DNA of 64,000 nt. Source: an uncultured Candidatus Saccharimonadales bacterium (GTDB taxonomy: Bacteria; Patescibacteriota; Saccharimonadia; UBA4664). The notes under the pieces are model-generated. The model did not search any database and had not been told where the DNA came from. It worked only from the letters and a program-made list of their open reading frames with translations. Shown piece after piece: positions 19,742-28,740 of the stretch. Position 1 is the stretch's first letter. Every line of letters begins with the position of its first letter. The position numbers and the translations under genes are program-made. The stretch covers positions 156,697 through 220,696 of the forward strand of contig CAZSRA010000001.1 in assembly GCA_964609585.1 (NCBI GenBank), written 5' to 3'.

Positions 19742-20986
19742 TTGTACCCATCATCTTCTGTTGGCCGCGGTAACCGTGGCGGTCGTCCGATGTTTTCATC
19801 TAAGAATCACCGTGCGCCTAAGGTCAAAACGATTGACCCAAATAAATTTATTAACAAGGCAGTAGCTCCACTTGAAGAAGTGGTGTTTGAGCCCGTGCAT
19901 AAGTTCGTTGATTTTCAGCTCGACGACCGTTTGCAGTTTAACGTAGAGAGCCACGGCTACGTGTCCCCCACTCCGATTCAGGATGGGGCGATTCCATACG
20001 TGCTCGAGGGCCGCGACATGATCGGGTTGGCGAATACAGGTACTGGTAAAACAGCCGCTTTCCTCTTGCCGGTATTGCAGCGAATGTTGCATCAAAAGGC
20101 CAAGCGTTGTCTGGTGCTTATTCCGACTCGTGAGCTGGCGATTCAGATTGAAGAAGAATTCCGGATTTTCGCCAAGGGGCTGAACCTGTACGCGACGCTC
20201 GTCGTGGGCGGAGCTTCGGTGGGTCGACAGCTGTCGCAACTATCGCGGCGCCCACAGTTCATTATTGCAACGCCCGGCCGGTTGAAAGATTTGATCGAAA
20301 ATTATGGTCAGACCATCGATGATTTTGACGTATTGGTGCTCGACGAAGCCGACCGCATGCTCGATATGGGCTTCATTAAAGACATTCGAACGATTATGGG
20401 ACACTTGCGCGAAGAGCGCCAAACGCTGTTTTTCTCGGCTACGACTACTCCGGAAATCGACCAATTGCTCGCTACTTTACTGAAGGATCCGGCAACGGTT
20501 TCGGTGCGCAAGGGCGAAACGAGTGACCACGTGGAGCAAGATGTAGTGCGCGTGGAAGGCGGCAAAGAGGCCAAGGAAGAGAAGCTCGTGGAGCTGCTTT
20601 CGGGGCCAGACTTTAAGAAAGTGCTCATTTTTGGCGAAACCAAATGGGGCGTGCAGAAGTTGGCCGACCGGTTAGAGAAGCGGGGTCTCAAAGTGGCTGC
20701 GATTCACGGCAACAAGAGCCAGCCGCAGCGCCAGCGCGCTTTGAACGACTTTAAAGCTGAGCGGGTGCAGGCTCTTATCGCCACAGACGTGGCGGCTCGC
20801 GGCCTCGACATTCCCAACGTTTCGCACGTGATCAACTTCGACGCGCCGAAGCAATATGAGGACTACGTGCACCGCATTGGCCGTACAGGCCGCGCTGGGC
20901 AAATGGGCAAGGCTTTGACCTTTGTGAGTACGGGGCCGGCTGCATTTGCAGAAGGCTCGCGTGAAGCTCGCGGGTTTCGGCGGTAA
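19742..20986 (+). CDS. DEAD-box ATP-dependent RNA helicase
   Basis: Motifs GTGKTAAF, DEAD, SAT, HRIGRTGRAG; TTG start with AGGAG RBS. Confidence 0.85.
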   Translation: MYPSSSVGRGNRGGRPMFSSKNHRAPKVKTIDPNKFINKAVAPLEEVVFEPVHKFVDFQLDDRLQFNVESHGYVSPTPIQDGAIPYVLEGRDMIGLANTGTGKTAAFLLPVLQRMLHQKAKRCLVLIPTRELAIQIEEEFRIFAKGLNLYATLVVGGASVGRQLSQLSRRPQFIIATPGRLKDLIENYGQTIDDFDVLVLDEADRMLDMGFIKDIRTIMGHLREERQTLFFSATTTPEIDQLLATLLKDPATVSVRKGETSDHVEQDVVRVEGGKEAKEEKLVELLSGPDFKKVLIFGETKWGVQKLADRLEKRGLKVAAIHGNKSQPQRQRALNDFKAERVQALIATDVAARGLDIPNVSHVINFDAPKQYEDYVHRIGRTGRAGQMGKALTFVSTGPAAFAEGSREARGFRR

Positions 20987-21002
20987 AAATTTAGCCTTAG
21001 CG

Positions 21003-21043
21003 AGAAGAACCCCCGTCACATTGCGACGGGGGTCTTCTTTTGG
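21003..21043 (+). terminator. Rho-independent terminator after the helicase
   Basis: AAGAACCCCCGTC-ACATTGC-GACGGGGGTCTTCTTTTGG. Confidence 0.7.
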
Positions 21044-21073
21044 GAGGGCTGGTTAGGCCCGCGCGGGGTTCGG

Positions 21074-21310
21074 TCAGCAGGGCTTGCGACCGGGCTTGCG
21101 GCCGGACACCAGGCGCCAGAAGAGCCAGAGTCCGGCGCCGACCAGCGCGACGGTCAGGGCGAGGAAGACCACGCCGACGATGATCGCGAACGTGTCGTTG
21201 TGCTTCTGGCCGGTCGCGATCATCGGTATGCCGATGGCGATCCAGGTCCCGAGAACGGCGAGGCAGAACAGGGCGGCGGCGTAGGCACCGAGGGCGCGCA
21301 GGGCGTTCAT
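21074..21310 (-). CDS. Small two-TM membrane protein (high-GC ORF), hypothetical
   Basis: 78 aa with two hydrophobic helices; strong GC3 skew unlike its neighbours. Confidence 0.4.
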   Translation of the reverse strand: MNALRALGAYAAALFCLAVLGTWIAIGIPMIATGQKHNDTFAIIVGVVFLALTVALVGAGLWLFWRLVSGRKPGRKPC

Positions 21311-21464
21311 GTGTATCTCCCAAAAGAGTTCAGGATTATCGTCCGGAGTGGACGACGGTAATACTCTAAACTATAACTGTAATTTTGTCAATTACTTGAG
21401 AAATTCTCCAACTACATTTTTCGCTTCGTGGAGGCATTCGGCGCGAGGAATCGAAAGATAGATC

Positions 21465-23831
21465 TTATGACTGTTGAGTGGCATCAAGGGTAATGGTGTC
21501 GCCTGCGGCAGCTTCACCGCGTAAAATCATGGCGGCAACAGTGTCTTCGACGCGGCGTTGGACCATGCGGCGCATTGGGCGGGCACCGAGGCGGGGATCA
21601 TAGCCAACGGCAACGAGTTCGGCTACGGCGGCGTCGGTGAGAGACACCTGGATTTTTTGGTTTTCGAGGGTTTTGTTGACTTCGGTAATGAGAAGTTTTA
21701 CGACCTGACCGAGTTCAGGCTCGTTTAACGGGCGGAAGAGCACGATTTCGTCGAAGCGGTTGAGGAGTTCGGGGCGGAAGGCGCCGGAATCGATGAGGTC
21801 GTTGGTGAATTGGGTCTCGAAGGTTTCGAGGGTTTCACCAGCCTCAATGTGAGCACGAATTTCGTCGGCACCAGCATTGGAGGTGGCGATGATGATGGCG
21901 TCTTTGAACGAGGTGGCATGCCCTGAAGTGTCGGTGAGGTTGCCTTCGTCTAGGAGCTGGAGGAAGAGATTTAAGATGTTTGGGTGAGCTTTTTCGATTT
22001 CGTCGAACAGGACGACGCAAAACGGAGTTTGGTGGATTTTGGGCAGGAGACCTTCGGGGCTTTGGGCGGCGCTTGCAAGGATGCGATCGACGTCGGCGAT
22101 TTGCTGGTATTCGCTCATATCGAGGCGAATAATGTTGCGCTCGTTGCCAAAATACAAGGCCGCGAGGCTTTTGGCGAGCTCGGTTTTGCCGACGCCGGTA
22201 GGACCGAGGAACAGGAACGAGCCGATGGGACGCTTGGGATTTGCGACTCCAGCGCGGGCGCGGCGCAGGGCGTTGGCGACCACACTAACGGCGCGGGTTT
22301 GATTGATCATGCGTTCGTGGATTTTGTCTTCGAGGTGGAGGAGGACATCGGATTCGGCTGAGGTGGCGGTTTGAACTTTGACACCGAACTGGCTTTCGAT
22401 CGCCTGCTGGACGGATTGTGGCGTAATGAAGCTTCCATCTGGATGGTTCATGGCAGCTTCGAGGAGTTTGAGGGCTTTGCCGGGATAGGCTTCTTCCTGG
22501 AAATAGCGGCCGGCAAGACGGTACGCCTCGAGTAAGGCGGTGTAGGTGGTGATATATTTGCCGTTTTCGAGATAGAGGGCACGGTCGGCGAGTTCGCGTA
22601 GCACATTGGTTTGGTTGGCCTCTGAAAGCACGAGAGGCGTGAGGAGGCTGGCCATGGCGGTATTGGTGGCTTTGAGACGCTGCCAGTCGCCGGGAGTGAG
22701 GGTGAGGATTAATTTGAAGCTGCGAGACTGGATGAGCGGTAGAAGGACTTGGCTGAGATTGACGGCGCCGGTGCCTTGACCGAAGAAGAGCTGGGCTTCG
22801 TCTAGAGCGATAATGATGTTGCCGGCATGGCCAGCTTCGGATAACAGGCTTGTGACGATGCGTTCGATATCACCGGGACGCTCGGCGCCCGCGAGCATCG
22901 TGGAGGCGCTTAGTGAGTAGATTTGATAATGCTTGAGGGAGCTTGTAGTGGTGCCTTGGAGCAAGTGTTCGGCCAGGCCGAGAAGTAGTGCGCTTTTGCC
23001 TACGCCGGGTTCGCCCACGAGCACAACACTACCGGTGGCGGTGGTGAGGCCGGTAACGAGATCTTCGAGCTGATCGGTGCGTTCTTTGGTACTGAGGGTC
23101 CCCCTGGCAGCTTCGATCTGCAGGCTCAGATTGTCGCCAAAGCGGGCGAGCTGTGGGGTAAAACCCGAGGCCCAGTCGCGAGCGATGCCGCCGTAGATGG
23201 GGCGTTTGATGTGGGTGAGTTCGTGCAGGCGTTTAGCCCAGTGAGCACCTTCAATGAGATCGGCGGGAGTAAGTTTGGCTCTGGTCAGGTACCCGGAGAG
23301 CTCGGGTGTAACTGCAAAAATGGCGGCAAAGATTGTGCCGGGCTGCAGCTTCGTAAGCCCTATCTCAGCCGCGATGCTCTCTGCTTTGGCCCAGAGTTGG
23401 TCGATGTCTGTCGTACTATTTGCTAGCAGGGTGGCGACGGAGGCAGAATCGATATTGAACCGATTTGAGATAAACTGAGCTTCGGGAGTATTTGAAACGA
23501 GAGTCCAAAGGGCACTTAGCGTGGCCGGTTCGGGATAGCGGGCAAGCAAGGCCCCTGGCAAGAGGGCATCGAGTTGTTTGGTGATACCGACGGTGGAGGC
23601 CGGCAATTCATAGAGGTCGCGGTGAATCCAAATGATGGTTACAAGTAGTATGAGGCTGATGCCGAGCAGGCTTAGTCCGGCGTGATGGCGCGAAATTATC
23701 AGCAAGCCGCCGGCTACGGTCGTGAAAGCGGCCGCAATACGCGCAAGGAGGAGAATGGGCTTCGGGATGAACCGAGCGAGCCTAGCTTTTACGACGCGGA
23801 TTGAATGAGGGTTAAAGGTGTACTGACTCAT
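21465..23831 (-). CDS. Clp/Hsp100-family double AAA+ ATPase with N-terminal transmembrane anchor
   Basis: Two N-terminal TM helices; D1 Walker A GEPGVGKS; D2 Walker A GPTGVGKT, Walker B VVLFDEIEKA and sensor RPELLNRFDE. No IGF/LGF ClpP loop seen. Confidence 0.75.
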   Translation of the reverse strand: MSQYTFNPHSIRVVKARLARFIPKPILLLARIAAAFTTVAGGLLIISRHHAGLSLLGISLILLVTIIWIHRDLYELPASTVGITKQLDALLPGALLARYPEPATLSALWTLVSNTPEAQFISNRFNIDSASVATLLANSTTDIDQLWAKAESIAAEIGLTKLQPGTIFAAIFAVTPELSGYLTRAKLTPADLIEGAHWAKRLHELTHIKRPIYGGIARDWASGFTPQLARFGDNLSLQIEAARGTLSTKERTDQLEDLVTGLTTATGSVVLVGEPGVGKSALLLGLAEHLLQGTTTSSLKHYQIYSLSASTMLAGAERPGDIERIVTSLLSEAGHAGNIIIALDEAQLFFGQGTGAVNLSQVLLPLIQSRSFKLILTLTPGDWQRLKATNTAMASLLTPLVLSEANQTNVLRELADRALYLENGKYITTYTALLEAYRLAGRYFQEEAYPGKALKLLEAAMNHPDGSFITPQSVQQAIESQFGVKVQTATSAESDVLLHLEDKIHERMINQTRAVSVVANALRRARAGVANPKRPIGSFLFLGPTGVGKTELAKSLAALYFGNERNIIRLDMSEYQQIADVDRILASAAQSPEGLLPKIHQTPFCVVLFDEIEKAHPNILNLFLQLLDEGNLTDTSGHATSFKDAIIIATSNAGADEIRAHIEAGETLETFETQFTNDLIDSGAFRPELLNRFDEIVLFRPLNEPELGQVVKLLITEVNKTLENQKIQVSLTDAAVAELVAVGYDPRLGARPMRRMVQRRVEDTVAAMILRGEAAAGDTITLDATQQS

Positions 23832-24187
23832 ATGAATCCACCAACGATGAGTGCTGGGCCAAGGAGTGGCAAGATGGGCCAGGCAATCAGGAATAGGCCG
23901 CCAAGAACCGTATAAATAACGAGAAGGGCAACGGCGGCGATGAGTGCGAAGAGTCGTACCATAAAACCGACAACTCTTGAGATGAGATTATCGAGTACGG
24001 CGCGCATGTGGTCCTGAAGTGAAGCTCCGGGATAGGTAATGATGCGCCGCCAAGGTGCAAACATGGTACTAAGCAGAATAGGCACTGAAAATGTAAGCAC
24101 AGTTTGGCGCAAGCGAGATGCGAGACGAGCTCCAGCATCTCGCCAGCCCGGGCCATACCACCACTGAATAAACGCCACCAATAGCAT
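23828..24187 (-). CDS. Small polytopic membrane protein, co-transcribed upstream of the Clp-like ATPase
   Basis: 119 aa with 3-4 hydrophobic helices; ATGA start/stop overlap with the Clp ORF. Confidence 0.5.
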   Translation of the reverse strand: MLLVAFIQWWYGPGWRDAGARLASRLRQTVLTFSVPILLSTMFAPWRRIITYPGASLQDHMRAVLDNLISRVVGFMVRLFALIAAVALLVIYTVLGGLFLIAWPILPLLGPALIVGGFI

Positions 24188-24252
24188 AAGAGTATTGTAG
24201 CATTCTCGGCCGGAATGTAGGGTGTTTCTCGAACTTATCTCGCTTATGCTAT

Positions 24253-24280
24253 TGACAAATTTATAACAATGGTATATACT
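24253..24280 (+). promoter_or_regulatory. Sigma70-type promoter for the 24377 gene
   Basis: TTGACA, 16-nt spacer, TATACT (alternatively TGnTATATA), followed by a short leader hairpin GAGACC..GGTCTTTTTT. Confidence 0.5.
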
Positions 24281-24376
24281 ACGCCTCGTTCACTTGAGAC
24301 CTTGTAAATCGGGGTCTTTTTTAGTGAGCAACTTGTTAAACGAAAGGTATATGAGCCGCGCACATTTGCGGCCCCT

Positions 24377-24997
24377 ATGCGTAACATCTCACAGTTTGCA
24401 ATATCTATGGTATTGCTGGCTTCTCAGGTTCACATCCCCGGTATGGGTGATGTGGCCGCCACCGCTGCGGCGTCCGCGTCCAGCAGTGGAGTTTACGAGG
24501 TGAAACTTAATACCAACACTGCCGAGGCGGTTGAGTTGGTTGGCAAAAAGCCGGCCGATTTCGACGCCGAGGTGCTCACTCCGCTCCGGGCTGCGCAGGC
24601 AGCAGCTGCGGCTGCGGCCGCTAAGGCTGAGGCTGCGGCAAAGGCGGCGGCTTACGCTAAAGCTCACCGAGTAGTCGTTTATGCGGCTCCGGCGTTGCAG
24701 ATAGCTGGTAGCCACGCCGACTGGATGCGCGCGGCCGGTATTGCCGAAAGCGATTTCGGTTATGTCGATTACATCGTTGACCACGAAAGTGGTTGGGGTG
24801 TAACCAAGAGCAACTACAGTGGTTCGGGTGCTTACGGACTGGGTCAGGCCCTGCCCGCCAGTAAAATGGCGAAGTTTGGTGCCGACTACCTGACCAACCC
24901 GATCACGCAGTTACGTTGGGCGAATGCCTATGCAGTGGGCTCTTATGGTTCGTGGGCGAATGCTTACAACCATTGGATGACCCGCCACAACTGGTAA
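24377..24997 (+). CDS. Secreted protein with Ala-rich linker and C-terminal transglycosylase-like/lysozyme-like domain
   Basis: Signal-like N-terminus; poly-Ala segment; ESGWGVTKSNYSGSGAYGLGQALPASKMAKFG with a W-rich C-terminus. Confidence 0.5.
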   Translation: MRNISQFAISMVLLASQVHIPGMGDVAATAAASASSSGVYEVKLNTNTAEAVELVGKKPADFDAEVLTPLRAAQAAAAAAAAKAEAAAKAAAYAKAHRVVVYAAPALQIAGSHADWMRAAGIAESDFGYVDYIVDHESGWGVTKSNYSGSGAYGLGQALPASKMAKFGADYLTNPITQLRWANAYAVGSYGSWANAYNHWMTRHNW

Positions 24998-25012
24998 TCT
25001 GCCGCTCGTAAT

Positions 25013-25057
25013 AAAAAATGACTCCAACGCCAACTGGCCGAGGGGTCATTTTTTTAT
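25013..25057 (+). terminator. Rho-independent terminator
   Basis: AAAAAATGACTCC..GGGGTCATTTTTTT. Confidence 0.5.
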
Positions 25058-25208
25058 TTCGTGCGGATTATACCACAAGCATTAATGATTTACGCTAGTC
25101 CTTTTGCTAATTGGTGGGTGGGTTATTTTTCTATCTGATGGGACCGAAATATCGGCTACTTGGGCCTTCATTCCTTGTGCATAAGTTTATGGACTCTTGA
25201 AGAGTTTT

Positions 25209-26375
25209 TTAGGGTGCAACGGTAAATAAATGTCGACCTAGGGTAGCATAGAGGATGGCAACTGCAGCTGTGATAATTCCGAACGCCTGAAATGCGGCCA
25301 TTGTGCCGTGAGACTGGGCTATGAAACCAAAGACGAGATACGTGCCGATGCTAAGGATCTCCATGACAAAACCGCTTACTGAGGTGATGGTAGCTCGCAT
25401 GCGCCCCGTAATGGTGTGCTGGAGCTTGCCGTCATAGATGACCTCGAGCAATTTGGTGACGAAGAAAAAGCTTATCATAAGTACAACGGCTCCTGCGCCT
25501 GCAGGTAGGGTGCTGACGGCTAGCGCAATGCCGCCCAGTGCGAGTAATCGAACAAAGTTTGCGGTGCCGAGAGCTTGGAAGCGATGGGCTACGACGCTTG
25601 CTGCCACCATGGCGAGCACTAGTATTGCTTCAAGGATAGGGATGGTGGGCAAGGGAGCGCCGACAACTTTAAAGAAGATAGCGGTATATTCTTCGAGTGA
25701 GCCGAACATGGCTCCAATGAACCCACCAAGTAGAACGATGCCGAGCATGGCCGGTTTGCGAAAAGCTTCAGTCACAGCCTCGCGTAGGCTTACTTCTTCG
25801 TCTTCTTCGTCCGCGGCCTCCAGAGCTGGGGCCTGCGGAATATTCCATGCAACGAGCGCACCCAGTATGGGAGCAAGGAGGCTAAGTTTTAAAACGGTAC
25901 TGAAACCCAGCTGCACAATGAGTGAGGCGCCGGCTGTGCCCATAAGGTTTCCGGTGAGTTTCCAGCTTTCGGCTCGCCCACGGATACGAATGTAACTTGT
26001 GTGTTTGCCTATGGCCTGGAGTTCATCATATATGAGAGCTTGGAAGGTGCCTGAGTCGAAGGCGCTGCCGGCACCCCAGAGGATAAATCCGAGTGCGAAT
26101 CCCAGGAAGGTTGGCCACAGAAGCCAGGACATGAATCCAGCGGCTTTTATGAGTTGACCTGCGGCAAGGAGGCGTTTTCTGGAGAAGCGATCGGCGAGGA
26201 GGCCAGTGGGGATTTCAGCGGCGAGAGCGGCGAGGCTCCAGATGATAAATAGCCAAGAAATTTGATTAATGTTCAGTCCCCTGGCCAGAAACATAAGCTG
26301 GTAAAGTGGATAAATGAAGATGAAGTCATCGAGGAAAGCGTAGGTATATAGGAGTCGGATGGTACGGGATTTCAT
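25209..26375 (-). CDS. MFS transporter
   Basis: 12-TM-like hydrophobic profile and MFS signature-like loops; start set at MKSRTIRL. Confidence 0.75.
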   Translation of the reverse strand: MKSRTIRLLYTYAFLDDFIFIYPLYQLMFLARGLNINQISWLFIIWSLAALAAEIPTGLLADRFSRKRLLAAGQLIKAAGFMSWLLWPTFLGFALGFILWGAGSAFDSGTFQALIYDELQAIGKHTSYIRIRGRAESWKLTGNLMGTAGASLIVQLGFSTVLKLSLLAPILGALVAWNIPQAPALEAADEEDEEVSLREAVTEAFRKPAMLGIVLLGGFIGAMFGSLEEYTAIFFKVVGAPLPTIPILEAILVLAMVAASVVAHRFQALGTANFVRLLALGGIALAVSTLPAGAGAVVLMISFFFVTKLLEVIYDGKLQHTITGRMRATITSVSGFVMEILSIGTYLVFGFIAQSHGTMAAFQAFGIITAAVAILYATLGRHLFTVAP

Positions 26376-26927
26376 GTGGATATGATAGCAGAATGGGAGC
26401 ATCAGGATTTGGTGCGTCTGGCCGAAACTGATCAAGAGTGGCGGCAGTTGCTGAAAAGCTTCTTGCGAGCTGCCCAAAAAGTTCGGCGGGGTGTGTTGAT
26501 AGACTATGTATATGAGCCACCTAGCCAGATTGTGCCTCAGAGGTTGTACCGATATGACGTGTTTGATGATTATTTGTCCAGGCATCGGGATGATTTTGAA
26601 TTTGGATTTGATTTTATTACGGCTGTGCGCACGATTTCGACGACCCGTAGCTTTGGCGTGTACGTGATCGAGCTGGACGGTAATGCGAACCATGTCTATG
26701 TGGGTCAGACGTGGTATGCGCCATACGAGCGACTAGCGCAGCACAATACGGGGCTGGCGATATTTCATGCAGCTCGGCCTTTTAAGCGAGGAGCTCGAGG
26801 CGTGCTGAGGCCGGATTTATATCAGCATATTGAGCGAGTGAGATCGCAGGCTAGTGCCGAGGCCTTAGAGGCTTCTACGGCCATGACGCTGCGCAGAAAC
26901 GGATTTCGGGTTGAGGGTGGGCATTAG
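26376..26927 (+). CDS. GIY-YIG nuclease-domain protein (true start possibly internal)
   Basis: FGVYVIELDGNANHVYVGQT...ERLAQHN GIY-YIG motif lies in the C-terminal half; candidate internal starts TTG about 26575 and GTG about 26624. Confidence 0.5.
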   Translation: MDMIAEWEHQDLVRLAETDQEWRQLLKSFLRAAQKVRRGVLIDYVYEPPSQIVPQRLYRYDVFDDYLSRHRDDFEFGFDFITAVRTISTTRSFGVYVIELDGNANHVYVGQTWYAPYERLAQHNTGLAIFHAARPFKRGARGVLRPDLYQHIERVRSQASAEALEASTAMTLRRNGFRVEGGH

Positions 26928-26993
26928 GAGATTCGCTAGTTGCAACGTGGTAACGGCCGTGGGATCATGCGTTCAAATTAAGGAGTACGTGCT

Positions 26994-27404
26994 ATGAGTA
27001 AGGTTATGCTAAATCCATATTTGAATTTTAATGGCAATACGGCCGAGGCGATGGAGTTCTACCATAGTGTTTTCGGCGGTAAGCTTGAAATGCAGAAATT
27101 TAGTGACGCCAAAGGTATGGAGGTGCCGGCGGGCTACGAGGATAAAATTTTGCATTCCAAACTTGAAAGTGACGAAGTGGTGCTTATGGCTTCAGAGGGC
27201 AAGCCAGATACGGACGTAGTGTTTGGGGATAATATAAGCATGAGCCTGATGGGATCGGATCACGATAAGCTGGCGGAGATTTTTAACGCTTTAGCTGAAG
27301 GAGGCGAGGTGACGATGCCACTGGCCTTGCAGTTTTGGGGCGACACTTTTGGCGAATTAACGGATAAATTTGGCATTCACTGGATGGTAAACATCACGAA
27401 GTAA
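26994..27404 (+). CDS. VOC/glyoxalase-fold protein (PhnB-like)
   Basis: PhnB-like pattern MLNPYLNFNGNTAEAMEFY...HWMVN; AAGGAG RBS. Confidence 0.7.
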   Translation: MSKVMLNPYLNFNGNTAEAMEFYHSVFGGKLEMQKFSDAKGMEVPAGYEDKILHSKLESDEVVLMASEGKPDTDVVFGDNISMSLMGSDHDKLAEIFNALAEGGEVTMPLALQFWGDTFGELTDKFGIHWMVNITK

Positions 27405-28371
27405 CGGTTGCTCGTGGTGGTTCGTAGTTTTTCAGGATGTCGCGGACTTCGTTTGGTAGTCCTGTTTCCATGAGCTCGGTGCGGAGTTCGGCGGCTCCGG
27501 GCCAGCTGTTGACATAGATTTTGAAGAACTTTTTGAGGGTCTGAAAGGATTTGCTGGTCCCCCATTGTTCGTAGAGGTCGAGGTGTCGCAGGAGAATCTG
27601 GATCATTTCGGTTGGGGTATGATCTGAAGGCGTATGGGCAAAGGTGAAGGGGTCATGGAAGATGCCACGGCCAATCATGAGGCCGTCGACGCCGGATTCT
27701 TTGGCTCGCATAAGGCCGTGAGCATGGTTTTCGATGTCGCCGTTGCCGATGATGAGAGTATCCGGAGCGATATTGTCACGCAGCTTCACGACTTTGGAAA
27801 TTTCGTCCCAGTGTGCCGGCACTTTGCTCATTTCGCGGACGGTGCGGCCATGAATGGTGAGAACGGCGAGGTTTTGGGTAAGGAGAAAGCCGGCCCAGTC
27901 TTCGGTAATGATTTCGCGCAAGCCCAGGCGGGTTTTGACGCTCACCGGTAAGTTTGGCGCGCCGGCCTTTGTGGCCGCGATGAGCTCACCAACGAGGGCG
28001 TTATTGCCAATAGCGCCGCCGCAACAACCGCGAGCTACAATCCCCTTCTCCGGGCAGCCTAGATTGATGTCGATGCCGGCAAATCCACCCATGGTAGCAA
28101 TGTCCTGGGCCGATTTGAAGTAGAGATCGGGATCTTTGCCCCAGATTTGGGCTACGAGGGGCTGAGTTTGATCCGGCTGTATCCGGAGGCGCTCTAGGGT
28201 GCTAACGCGGCCGGCTGATTGGAGCCCATCGGTAGAGACGAATTCGGTCATGAAGACATCCGGCGGACAGGTTTCGGCGACGAGCTGGCGAAAGATGACA
28301 TCGGTGACATCGTCCATGGGTGCGAGCACAAAGAAGGGTTTTGGGAGCTGTTGCCAAAAATTCATGATCAT
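27394..28371 (-). CDS. dus: tRNA-dihydrouridine synthase
   Basis: FVLAPMDDVTD N-terminus and a TIM-barrel FMN-binding pattern. Confidence 0.85.
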   Translation of the reverse strand: MIMNFWQQLPKPFFVLAPMDDVTDVIFRQLVAETCPPDVFMTEFVSTDGLQSAGRVSTLERLRIQPDQTQPLVAQIWGKDPDLYFKSAQDIATMGGFAGIDINLGCPEKGIVARGCCGGAIGNNALVGELIAATKAGAPNLPVSVKTRLGLREIITEDWAGFLLTQNLAVLTIHGRTVREMSKVPAHWDEISKVVKLRDNIAPDTLIIGNGDIENHAHGLMRAKESGVDGLMIGRGIFHDPFTFAHTPSDHTPTEMIQILLRHLDLYEQWGTSKSFQTLKKFFKIYVNSWPGAAELRTELMETGLPNEVRDILKNYEPPRATVTS

Positions 28372-28439
28372 ACCTATTTGGGCAAAATATCCTTTGTATT
28401 TTAGCTAACCACCTAAATTTCAAAAATTATTTGAAACCT

Positions 28440-28740
28440 TGGGTTGTCGCTGAAACCTCGGCCTGGTTGCCGGAGGTCTCAGCTTGGCTGCCTGCTAGCC
28501 GATCACGTGGGTTACCCGTGGTGTTCCCTGTGCACCGTGATGTTGTATGGGTAGGGCGTAGAAGGCTTTCGTGGAGAGACCGTTGATTTTCTCCACGTTG
28601 CCCGTGACGTCGGGGGCGAGCTGCCGCGCCCACTATAGGCCCCGTGTCATTACGTGCGGCCGTGACCACGGTGTGTTTGCACCGAGGCCACCTCCGACGT
28701 CGGGGCGCTCTTGTTGGCACTGTTTTCTCCTTGAATCTCG
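28440..28740. other. GC-rich structured noncoding element (candidate ncRNA or foreign-DNA remnant)
   Basis: No plausible ORF. Hairpin CGTGGAGA..TCTCCACG (28571-28598). Direct repeat GACGTCGGGG(G)CG at 28606 and 28696. Confidence 0.3.

Noticed and set aside
24290-24376. c-di-AMP (ydaO) riboswitch upstream of the transglycosylase-like gene
   Set aside because: The leader is only about 90 nt and lacks the conserved ydaO motifs; it is more likely a simple attenuator hairpin.
28440-28740. tmRNA, RNase P RNA, SRP RNA or TPP riboswitch in the GC-rich spacer
   Set aside because: No tRNA-like T-arm (GTTCRANTC) for tmRNA and no RNase P P4 motifs. Only an isolated GCUGAGA box matches TPP, and the pyrimidine-sensing half is absent.
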